Shown: positions 24,594 to 37,300 of the stretch, piece by piece
Layout of the letters: every line of letters starts with the position of its first letter
Position numbering within the stretch: the first letter of the stretch is position 1
Source: Paragordius varius
Taxonomy: Eukaryota > Animalia > Nematomorpha
NCBI GenBank assembly: GCA_964247055.1
Contig: OZ176054.1
Coordinates: 11,222,001 to 11,286,000 of the forward strand
Length of the DNA stretch: 64,000 nucleotides
Reading direction: 5' to 3'
The notes under the pieces: model-generated
Seen by the model: the letters and a program-made list of their open reading frames with translations, nothing else
What the model was told of the DNA's origin: nothing
Databases searched by the model: none
Position numbers and translations under genes: made by a program

Positions 24594-27500
24594 CTAAAAG
24601 TTAAATATAAAATATATTTTAAAGATAAATTATCGTCGACATATTTCGATTATAAACCAGCCCTAAGTAGTCTTGGAATTTTAAGTTCGTCTCTCACTAA
24701 TTTGTTGAATGATAAGGATAATTAGTTAAAACTTCTTTAGCCCGCTTTTGTTTTCTGCCTCATTCAAACAGAGATTAAAAAATATCTCTTTGGTATTAGG
24801 ACAAATTAGAAATATTTTTGAAACTAATAAAATCACAAAAATATCTCAAATTTTAGGCTGCCAAATTTTTCCATTTTTTGTTCAATCATCATACATTAAA
24901 AACTTAAAACAATATTATGGTTAAAAATGCTCTTGATTATTTAGACCAATTTTATTCTTATAAACTTAAATATAAATTTTTTTATAAAACCCATTCTAAA
25001 CTAAAATTGATTTTAGTTAATAATAATCATTGTGGAACCAATAAAGCAATTACAAAAAAAGTTTTCAATGACTTTATTGGATGACGGAGCATTTTAAAAC
25101 TTTAAGGGGATTAAAAATAGATTAATATACCATTTACATCTCCTTAAACACTTCAATTTACCCTCCAATTTAAATTCACCCTAAAATAAATTATGTCTTA
25201 ATTTAACTAATTAAAGGTATAGTTTTTTATTTTTTGATGTTATTTTTAAACAAAGTTATATTTAAGAAATCCACAATAAAGTATGTGATTTCCAAAAACA
25301 TAATTTACTAGGGTATTTGATATGTTTAAGGGTAAATTTGAAATGTTTAAGGATGAATTTGAAGTGTAAATGGTAATAGACTATGTGCAAAATAATTTTT
25401 AACAAAATATTTTTTTTTCGATGAAATAGCTTATGACCAGCGTATTCATTTCCCAATTTTCATTTGTTTACGACCTAATTTTTGAAATATTCAGATAAAA
25501 ACGAAATCGGGCAAAAAGTTAAAATTAGGATTATTAAGGGTAATTGGAAAAAAAAATGATAATAGTTGAGATATTATGGATTATTATCCTTTTAAGAGAT
25601 ACTTTCAATATATATAAATAGCCTAAACTCATAAAAATCAGGTTTCTATAAAAACTCATTTCAAAAAATGACGTTTTTCTTTTAACACACTCCAAAGACA
25701 AAAAAATTTCATGAAACTATACTATGATAATTTTTGATTATTTACTAGCTAAGCTCACAATTAAAACTTAACATTCATATTTATTCAGTAAAAATAACTT
25801 TTAAATATTGTTTATTTCATTTTTTGTCATCTGGTTTATGACGGTATAAAATATTTATACTGTTTGATTTTTGAATCTTACATTAATGGGAGTTAAGTAT
25901 ATAATTTATGCAAAATAGGATTTAAAAGTAGTGGAACATTAACCAACAATCGCTACAAATCCCAGTAACAAGTTTGTTTTAACACAAATTAATATTTTTA
26001 CTGGGATATGTATGGATTTTTGGTAGATTTTCCACTACTTGTAAATTTAATTTTGCATTAATTTATATACTGTGAAATTCCAAAATAAGATTTTTTATAC
26101 CATCATAAACCAGATGACAAAAAAATGAAAAAATTAAAAACAATATTTTTTAGTTTTATTTTGATATATGGAAGTTTTTTTAATAAATAAAATAGAAGTA
26201 GCCAGTAAATAAAAAATTTTAATGTTTTCATTTTTCGTTTTTTAAGTGTGTTAAAAGAAAAACGCCATGTTTTGAACTGAGATTTTATATAAACTACCCT
26301 ATTTATATGATTTAGGATATTTATAAATTAAATCCCCTTGATAAAAACCATGAAACTTTTATCATTATTTTTTTAATTCTTAATTTTCACTTTTTGCCCG
26401 ATTTCGATTTTCTCTTTAATTTCAAAAATATTAAAATTTTTGTGGCAAATCAATTCACTGGTTATCTATCTCATAAAAAAAATTTCTATCGTTAAAAAAA
26501 TAACCCTCTTTTTTGCACACGGTGTATATATTTTGACAATATTGAAAAAAATTATAGAAATTAATTTCATAAAATCTAAAAATAAGACATATTATAGCTT
26601 ATAACTTACTATCTAACATTCCAGTTTGAACCAATTCATATTTGCTTTTGGGAAATTTCGCAATATAAGGCAAATTAAATTTGCAATGTTTTTTTGTAAG
26701 ATTTTCATGGTGAATGAACGAGTATAGACAATACATCTTGTAATTTTCATGTTCAATTTCATGAAAACAGGCTTTTGACCAAATTAATGATTCTTTTGTT
26801 CTTTCTTGCTCTAAAAAGGTCCAAAAATATTTATACCCAATAATAAATTGTTTTACAGAAAAAATTAAAGTTTTACATAAATAATAAGCATTATTTATCT
26901 GGCTTATTCACACATTATAAATAGTAGAGTGTACGGGAAAAGACAAAAAAAATGTAAAACAAAATACACAAAGTAATTTAAGATAGGAAAAAATTGTTTA
27001 TTCAACATTTAGTTGTTTTTTTCATACATTAACAAGTGTGTTGTCAATGTACCAACTGTAATGTGAATAAGCCAGCATTTAAATGCATACTGTAATAAAT
27101 ATGAAAAAAAAATATCAAAGTTATCTAAATTAAAAAAGGGAAAGAATTTTAAGGAATCGGTTATATGATCATATGATTTATGTCGTAAAAGTTAGACATT
27201 GTATAAGAAAAAAAACATTTAGTTTCAGAACTCTGAAATGTTTTGAAAGAGTATCTAGGAGTAAAAACACAAAGGCATAACCCACATAAACATTTTTTGA
27301 TCATTAAATCCAAACTCAAATTTGAATTCAAAAAAATGGCCGTCTAACTTTTCGATTATCTTTCATAAACTTGACTCAAACGTATAAAAAATTAAATCAA
27401 ACCATGTGCAAAGGGTCGTCATCAAAACGAATCTACCAACCAGTTATTTATGTTTAAAAACAGTTCCTTTATGGTTTATAAACCGAATCAAAATTACAAA

Positions 27501-28294
27501 AGATCATCAAAAAATTTCCAAAATTAAAACAAACCCTTTACAAATTTTGTTTAAAAAAACCCGAAAAATAATTTCCATTATTTTACATGTATATGTATAT
27601 ATATCTTACGAATATAAATAAATCCATCAAAAACTACAGTAGAGTTATCTTTAGAGGTACACATGACACTTTTATTATTATGAGCAAATTTGGCCACAAA
27701 AGACTTCTCCCAGATATATCCATTTGTATCGCGGTATAAATAAGGCTGATTGTCATAGAGATATTTGCTATGGAGTAGGGCTTGATCTTCGTTAATCGTT
27801 ACTTGCACATAACAGTCCGTAATATTAACGGTTATGTTAAAATGTTTTCTAAAGTCTTTTAGCGATTCCATTATGTTTGTACCGTATTGAAATTGTAATT
27901 GGGCGTTATAATTGTGTTCTAATAACATAAGCTTCTATTAAAACATGCACGTAAATGATAATAATATATCATTTGCACCTTCATTAGATATATTACGCCG
28001 ATTCAAGTTGGTGATTAAACATTTTAAGCTTTGATAAAAAAACAATGCAAAAATATTATTCCTACTGAAAAATGATATCTATTTTAAGATATTAGATTAA
28101 TTTTCCACTTATAATTTTTTTAAAGCAACTTAAAAAGTTTAAAGACCTTAATTACTTGCGCAAATGATATATATCAAAGTCGATTAAAAATAATGGCATA
28201 AACGCCTAGAAAATTGAAATTATGGCTGATAAAATATTTTAGAAAAGATAAAGTATAGAACAATTTAAAAAAATTAAAATTATTACCAGCCAAA

Positions 28295-28325
<31 letters not shown>

Positions 28326-31300
28326 ACAGTAACAACTGAAATTATACATTTTGGTTAAAATTAAATCCATTTTTTTTCTCCTATATCAGACAAAACTTGG
28401 GAATTTTTGCATTTTAACTTCTAAATTTCTAAAATGAGATACCTCCAAAACCAACCTTGATATTAAAATCAATTATATCGAAAATTTTCTAGTAAATTCT
28501 AATTGATTTTTAAAGTTAGTCCAATAAAAATATTTAAAGATATTAAAATTTTAAATTTCAATACCAGTTCATAGAGAATTACTAAAAAACCTAGTGATGA
28601 AAATGTTTGAATCATTAAAAAATAGAAAATGTTTATAATATCTTAAAGTGTTTTTATATCGTTTCTACCCTACTTCAACATAAAATGCATTTAAAAATTA
28701 AATAAAACGTATGATTTTTTTCAAACTTTTTTCGATTTCATCATCTATCATTTAAGAATTATTATCGCGCAATCTAAAAATTTTTGCGTTTTTTAAAAAT
28801 AAATAACCGCTTTTAGAGGGACCAAAAAATTTTAGACTCTAGGAGTAAATAATTAATCAAAATTTATAGACAACCTTGCTTTTTGAATGTAAATTATGTT
28901 GTATTCAAACAATGTTTTTTGGATTAATGCAGTTAGATATACGAAAAAAAAACTCTATGAATGTGCGCTGATTTTGCTATTTTTGATATCGATCCACAAG
29001 ACAAAAGTATTTAATTTATCCTTCGTTAGCCCCAAACTTAGCATGAGAATTACACATTAATTTATCATTATGAGATAATATATAGTTTATCAGGTTAAAT
29101 ATCCCGATTTTCTGTGCACTGAGATTAATAGGAGAATACATTGCAATATTTTACTTTAAATTGGGTAAAAATTAAAGTTTCCAATGAATTTGGATGCAAA
29201 ATATATTTTTGTCTCGACCACAAAATATTTTGAGTTAAAAATATTCTCGAGATTATCAAAATATACCACATTCGACCCATAATTGATATAAACACGTCAA
29301 ATAAAACTTACTAGGCGTGAACGGTAGATATTTGTCCACGAAATCAATCTTCTTTTCTAAAATATTAAAAAAAATTGTAATATGCATTGTAATTATATAT
29401 TATATATGGAATTATTTTAATTAATTTGTAATGATCACTCATAATTTTTATTTTTTTATTTTATCTGTGATTTGGCTAGGGTTAGATTTTTGGGTCAAAA
29501 ATAAAAACCGGTTTAAAAAATTTTAAATTTTTAGATGTGGGCTCCAAAAGTCCCAAATTTTTTCCCTAGTAAAATGGGCTACTTCTCTAAAATTAAGCTC
29601 ATGCCTGGATTGAGCGATAAAAATATACTTTAAAAATGATGTTTTAAAAAAATTTAATTTTAAATCAAATTTTGTTGAAGCGTACTTCATACTCTTGTGA
29701 GTCATATGGTTTAAAACTATTTATGATATTATGAAAACACCTTTTCATTAGATTTCGATAATTCTGAACATTTCTATCACCTCAAAATCGTGATATTTGA
29801 AATATTAAAATTTTAAGCAATTGAACCTTAAAATTTAAATTCTTAGGTAATAGAAATGTTCAGCATCATCGAATTATATACGTTGTTAAACCGTTTCTAT
29901 TAAGACGCCAAATAAGTACGCTTCAAAATTTTACTATGAATTTTTAAAAACAAAATTTTTGGTTGATATCAAAATTAAGCATGTATTTATAATTTTTATC
30001 TCGCACGGGCATTTTTGCCTTTATTTCAAGAGGATTAACCCATCTTAGAAAAAATTTAGGACTTTCGAACTCACATCTAAAATATTAAATTTTTTAAACC
30101 TATTGTTTTACTTTTTACATATAGTTATCATATATTTTATTAATATTTTTTAAGTTTTAAACTTTCACCCAATAAATTTATTTAAAAATGAACGTAATAG
30201 CCATTTTCCGATATGAAAGACTTACCACAAATTGTAAATAAATTTCCCAAATAAAACACCATGATAATGTTTATACATCCTATCAATACATATTTTTTAT
30301 AGGGCTTTTTGTGGAAACTGTGTATATTGTTTTTATTATTTTGTTATTCAATTAAAAATCGCTGGGGCACATTCAATGACAAACAAATCATAGATTGATT
30401 AGGGAAATTGATACTCAAATATTAAATATTTATATCATTGGTTAAAAATGATACAAAATACCCTGTATATTTTGGGAAAGTATAATATAATTACCTTGTA
30501 TATATCCATGTTCGGCTAAAAATGCTTGGAAATCAGGCTTGGAATTTTCAGAACTATCTTTGTCCAATGCATCAAATCCAAAGATTTTGTTATCCTAAAA
30601 TATAATCTTAAAAAATAACTCTGGATTCATATTTTATAACGAATTTGGAATAACTAATGTCGCAATAAATTTTATAGATTTGATTCAAATATGCTTTTTT
30701 GACAATTGGTTGGTCAAGTATTTTGAAGTTTCCGATTTGCAAATAACATTTCTGTTTATCCCATCTGATTGGGAAGGTTTCCCCCTCATTAGCATATACC
30801 ACACTTTTACCTAATAGTGAATACAAATGATTAAGCAAATTTAACTCATTTTAATTTCTGGCACCAATATTATAATCGGTCTGTAAAATTTTTTTATCTT
30901 ATTACATTTTACGGTCCAAATTATATGATGATACGTTATTATACATGAAAAAATTCCATTGTTACTGAAAACAAAAATTGTAAATTTAATTTTTTTATTT
31001 ATAATATGGTTGAATCTTGTTTTTACAGTGGACAATGGTATAAAATAACCCCTTTATTTCAAAAATATCGTCTATAAAGTAATTAACTCATGCTGATGTT
31101 ATTTGATGAATAAATCTCTACAAACTCTGGAGTTTGTAGATATTTTGCATGCACACACAAAAAATGACAAAATACATATTATCTGATACAAAAATATATC
31201 AGGGTTCTCAAGTACTATTTAAAACTTACAATTTTGTATTCGAATCGCAAAACTTGCGCTCATTATGTAAATATATTTTTTTACATCATTCATTAGAAAG

Positions 31301-34300
31301 AAAAACAATATTGATCAAATTTTAATTCTTTTATGTGGGATCCGATAGTCTCAAATTTCTGACCGCCTTTAAGACTAACGCCAAAATTTAAAGATATTCT
31401 GATAAGAATATTTAATACTGGGAGATTATGAAAAAAGAATATATTTTTGGAAAATATATACTTTTATTTAAAAATTTAATTTTTAGTAAAATTTGGATAA
31501 ACCACATTTTATGGTGTTTTGGAGCACGGTAAAGCGGTCCGGACATATTATAAATGCTTTCTTCTTCATATAAATTAAATATAAAGTGAGTTGTACCTAG
31601 ATTCCAAAAAAAACTTTTTGAAAATGGATAATAGAAATGTTAATCATTATCGATTGATATGGGAAAGGTGTTTTTTCCCCGCTGTGAAGATCAATGCGTT
31701 ACGGGTGGGTAGGGATTGCCTTGACGGCAGGTGGCCGACGATCTTCCGACGCTACACCCTTTACTTGTTGTTATGTTACCATGCTTTTAAATACCATAAA
31801 GTACGGTCACTAAAATTTTGCTAAAATTCAAAATTTTAAGCAACGTTTCATTGCATTTTTTTATAGATTTTAATTTTTGATGTGTTATAATCTATATTAA
31901 AATTTAGTGTATTTTAAAAAAATTAGCCCGTTTTAGAGGGGAATTTTCGACTTTCAGAGGCTGCGTCTAAAATCATAATAAATATTATATATTTTTTTAC
32001 TTATAAATATAGTTTATGATATAACAATGGTATATTTAGAATGAATTAGATTTTAACAGAAAACTTTATTTGATAAAATCTGGGCTAATTTTGTGCTGAT
32101 ATGGATTACCGAAAAAGTTGAAATATTTTTATTAAATACTAAGTCGCAAAACCATAAACACTATGATAATATAATATACCATTTACAGTTCAAATTCACC
32201 TTTGAACAATTCAAATTCACCCTTGAACAATTCAAATTCACCCTCGAACAATTCAAATTCACCTTCAAACAATTCCAATTCACCCTCGAACAATTCAAAT
32301 TCACCTTAAAAATTAATTATGATTTTCGAACTAATATAACTAATTATTAATATGAAATATATGTTTATGGTATATTTTATTATTTTTTAAGTATTATTTT
32401 TATTGAAAACATAATTTTTATTTTTTAAAAATATATAGAATATAGGTAATTTTTAATCTTAAAAAACTTATATTTTTTTGAGGGTGAAATTGAATTGTTC
32501 GAGGGTGAATTTTAATTGTTCAAGGGTTAATTTGAATTGTTCAAGGGTGAATTTGAATTGTTTATGGGTGAAATCGAATTGTAAATGGTATATATCATCT
32601 ATCATATTAAAATATTTTCTATAATTGATTTCATGCATGCGTAATGAGTCAATTAAAAGTTAAATTAAATCATTTCTTTATATTCTAGTCATTTCCGTGG
32701 AATAATATTAAGTATAAATAGGAAATATCTGGATATAAAACAATAATTAATAATTTCAATTTTAATTTATCTAGAGAAGTCGTGATATGAAAAGTAAGCA
32801 AAGTATTTTTTCATGCACCTAATAAAATACAAAAAAACACAAGACCACAACATACCATTTTGCGATCTAAAAATATGGCTTAACCGCTACAACCCTAAAA
32901 TAAACTTTAAAATTGGCAGAGTTGATTAAATTTTTAAAAAATTATGCTGCATAATTAACTTTTAGACGAAAACTAATCTTTCTTTTAGCTCAACAACATT
33001 TTAAAAGATTTACTTCAAGTCTTGTTATATATATGTATTGACAAGCAATTTAAATGCATACGGTAAAATGTTTAGTGTCTTTCCCTAATTTTTAACATTG
33101 TTCGTATATTTTTAACGTTGCTTGTTTTTATCATTTTGAGAAAATTTAATCAGCCCCATTTACTTTTGAATTATGTTATTTTTTTATCTTTTTTTGCCCT
33201 AAAAATTTTAATTTGTAATTTCAACAGAGTTTTAAAATGTAGAATGCTTAGTATTAGCAAGTTCTTATATTAAAAACATAATTAACCAGTTAACCTGAGA
33301 TGGTAAAACAAAGAATATGAATTTTTAAACTGATGCTTTAAAGATTATTTCCAAACCAATATTATAAAATATTCTTGATTATATATTAAAATCTGATATT
33401 TCATTTTAGACGCTTTACTACATCATAAAGGCCGAAGCTTCTTGAAACACAAAGTTATCAGTTATGGGGTTTATAATTTATGAATCAAAAATTATAAGCC
33501 AATTTGATTCATAAATAACCATGTAATAGCGAAAAATGTCTGCTTAAGACAGTTTTTTATTTTCCTTGTTAAAGGCAATGAATATGCTTTATTTTGTTTT
33601 CAATTTTGACAATGTCTATTACACCCTTTTCTATTGCTATCAGCCTTTTTATCTGGTTATTTCATATGCTTGTGCAGAATAATTAAAGTTACCCAATCTG
33701 ATTATTCCTTTAAATTCAACACGTTGGTTTGTTTCATTTTTGTAACATACAAAATGTCTATCCATATGTCTATATTCAACAATTTCAGTGCGCTCATAAA
33801 TGGTATAATTATGTTTATAACATTTGTCTTTTCCAGTTTTTTTGATGCCTGTGAACAACGTATTCGAACTAAGATTCCTATAGTCGTCGAGCACATTAAT
33901 GTAGCAATTATAGTTTGAAAGTTTATCTCCCCGCTTTACATAGTGAGATTTATTCTCTAAACATGATATACGATTATAAAAATGTGAATTCAACTAATTT
34001 ACATTACAAATTAAGTATAAAAAATATATATTTGGTCGCTATTTTTTAATGTTTATATTTATAATAAACGATTTTAATATCGTGGTATACACAAAATATA
34101 CAAATTTTCGGGTTTAAATAATCCGATAAAATAAACTTTGACGCATTTTAATTAATATTTTTTATAATTTTTTTAAAAATGTTTAATAGATCATATTAAA
34201 ATTAAAATTATACGGGCAAACATAGATTATTTTTTTATAAAACATAACCATATTTTTTAATAGCCTTTTGGGTGCATTTTAAAAAATAATTTTTAAACGT

Positions 34301-37300
34301 ATGTAAAAAATCTTTATCATATTTTAAGCGTTTTTTTTTTCATTTCGATATTCGGTAGCTCAGGCTTTTAGTTTTGTAATGATTATAATAATATATCATT
34401 TTTTTGTATGCAATGCTTTAACTTGTATTACGCTATGTTGGATGCGATTACATTTTGGGGTACTTTTGTACCCCGGAGCTTAAATTTGTAAATAATGAAA
34501 TTTTTTTTACAAAACATAGTTTAATCATTGTTTTCCCATTTAAAAAGTTACAGATTTCTATTTTATAGAGTCTAAAATTACGGTTAAAAAGCTAACAGCC
34601 TTTATCAAAATGGGAATATCAAAAATTTTAAAAATATAATTTGAAAGCTTTCCAAAGTAACTATTTACTTTTTTTCGTATAATATTCATTTCTGTCTTTT
34701 GTACAAGCGTTTTAAAAATGCAAAAAAATGCCGGAATCTTACTAATAATAAATCTTTAAATCGCTATGGGAAACTAACCAAAAGGGTATAAAATGTTAAA
34801 CAAACTTTTTGTTTTGCTAATAGTGCATTTTGTATTAATTAAAACGGTAAAAATTGTCAATTTTTTTAAAAATATTTTAATACCTGTTGTGGTAGTTTTG
34901 AATACAGAAGGATTTAAGTTTAATCAAATATAAAAATATATGCTTTCTTTAGCCTTTTGGGCGTACAAAAAAATAAAATTATAAATAAATCCTAATCCTT
35001 TATCGCCCCTATTTTATTTATTTTGGATAATTTTTCATTATAAAACTGTCATATATATGTATATTTTCCGTAAAAATGTAAATAAATAACTTTTTAAAGT
35101 TTTCGAAACATAGCAGCAAACTTTTTAGAGAAATTAATTCTATTTTCCTTTTCCAATCCTTTTTTGGACCTATCCCAATCGCCTAAATGATTTTACCAAA
35201 AATATATTTTTCAATTATAGGGGAACAATGTTTGATAAAATTCAAAACCAAACATTCAAAGCAATATATTATATACAAATTATAGCGGGTTAGGTTACAA
35301 AACACCCCAAAGTAATAAATAGTCTACAACAAATGAAAGGGCAATAAAAGTAAAGAATGGATGATAAACACAGAATTTTAATAATTTTTAATTCATTAAT
35401 AATAATATTAGATTACCACGAATATTGATTGTAAAGTTTAACATCTCTAGGCTTTCAAAACTTTTGTATGGTGATTTCCCATAATCTAAATAAATAAATA
35501 AAAAATTTTGAGGAAAATTAAACTATCATTGTAACTATTATCGTTGTGAAAAACATTGCTCTTTACGACGTTAACTTATTAGGTAACTCTAAATTATTTT
35601 TTTTTAAATTTCAAATAAATGATGATTATTTATCTTTTAATCTGAATCATAAATAAACCAGGGACGCGAAAAATTTGAACTATAATAGCAATAATATAGT
35701 CATGAAATATTAGCAAAAGATATTACTTAAACAAATTATTTAAATCTAATTGGCAACTAACCGAAAAGTTGTTATCTTTTATTTAAAATTTACAGATGAC
35801 CATCTAATAAAATATTCATGAATGCCCATGCATATATTTCGAATGAGACCCGCCAGATTTTTTGAGTCAAAAAAGCGGCCTGAAAAACCTTTTGTCTTGA
35901 ATCTGATTTAGACAATAACCTTGAAATCAAACACTTATTAGCAATCATTAACAATCTACTATCGTTTATAATATTTTTAGATATTATTATTTTGAAAACA
36001 TTAATTATTAACAAAATATTCGAATATAAACGCAAATTATTATCATCATAAATAAAATTTATTTATTTAAACACTGTGCGCAAAAACCAACGAATTTATT
36101 TGCCGCAAAAAAATTTATTTGTTGACGACCTATTGAAATATTTAGAGATAGTCAAAATCGGGCAAAAAAATAAGGATAACCAAAAAATAACGATAAAACT
36201 TGGGATATTAAGATTCACTATTATTTTCTTCAGTATACGATTTACAAATAGTCTCATATAGTCAGGGATTTTATTACTCAGATCAAAAATCATGTTTATA
36301 GTTAATACACAAATTTTTTTTATTAAACATTAAATTTTTTTAATTTATTACTATTAAAATCTTAACATTAATAATTTACGCAGTAAATTTTTTAAAATAA
36401 ATCTAAAAATAATGTTTTCATTTTTTGTCATCTTGTTGATGAGTTTATAACTTACTGAAGTTTTTTGATTACATGACGGATTGCAGATTATATAAATTAA
36501 TGCAAATACAAGTAAGCGAATATCAACCGAAAATTCGCACAATCCAATAAAAAATATAAATTTGACTTAAAACAAACTTGTTACTGGGATTTGTACAGAT
36601 TGTTACTTGATATTTAATCCTATTTTGTTTATATTTATAAAATGTAATCTCAAAAATAATGAAAATTTTTAATCACCCAAGTTATATCATTATTTGGTTA
36701 TCCTTAATTTTCACTTTTTGCCCGATTTTGATTATCATCTAAATATTTCAAAAACTAGGTCGTCAACAAATAAAAATTTCGGCAAATGAATTCTCTGGTT
36801 TTTGCGCACAGTGTTTTAGGCGCTCTGTGCCAAATCAAATTTTTAATATTAATCATTTTATATTCAAATGAAAAAAACGTTCTGTGTCTAGCCAAATACA
36901 TTTATGTATCTGTTAAGTATCCTACTGTCGTAGACACAAACGCACCTATATAATTGTAAACACCTATAACTCTTTGTGATACACCTAGTTAATGTTAATT
37001 GATGCTTCAAGCAAAATAGTTAGCATATAATTTCTGTATTATAACATCACACACACATACTTGATTTCTGGTATTTAATAAATGTTTTCTGTGTAATATA
37101 ACTTTACTTCTTTCATTGGCGCGGTAACAAACCTGGCAAAAATTTCTCTGGAAAGCTTTGATGAAAAGGAATTGACCGATCTTGATTTCTGGTATTTAAT
37201 AAATGTTTTCTGTGTAATATAACTTTACTTCTTTCATTGGTGCGGTAATAAACCTGGCAAATTTCTCTGGAAAGCTTTGATGAAAAATAAAATTTTGACC

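Noticed and set aside
30841-31035. Cys-containing ORF just upstream of exon 10 as an extra exon
   Set aside because: Its acceptor gives a stop in phase 1, there is no counterpart in the 185-nt intron of module 1, and exon 9 joins exon 10 in frame without it.
31675-31760. Short GC-rich island as a structured ncRNA or tRNA
   Set aside because: No cloverleaf, A/B boxes or convincing long stem were found. It is more likely a TE fragment and is left unassigned.
32190-32310. Regular short repeats as a possible CRISPR array
   Set aside because: The units are head-to-tail with no unique spacers and are mirrored in inverted orientation at 32480-32580. The context is eukaryotic and no cas genes are present.
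36072-36813. V(D)J-like somatic recombination of the Ig-like gene
   Set aside because: There is only one RSS-like pair, with no 12/23 spacers. It flanks a non-coding palindrome rather than exons, and no RAG-like gene is present in the window.
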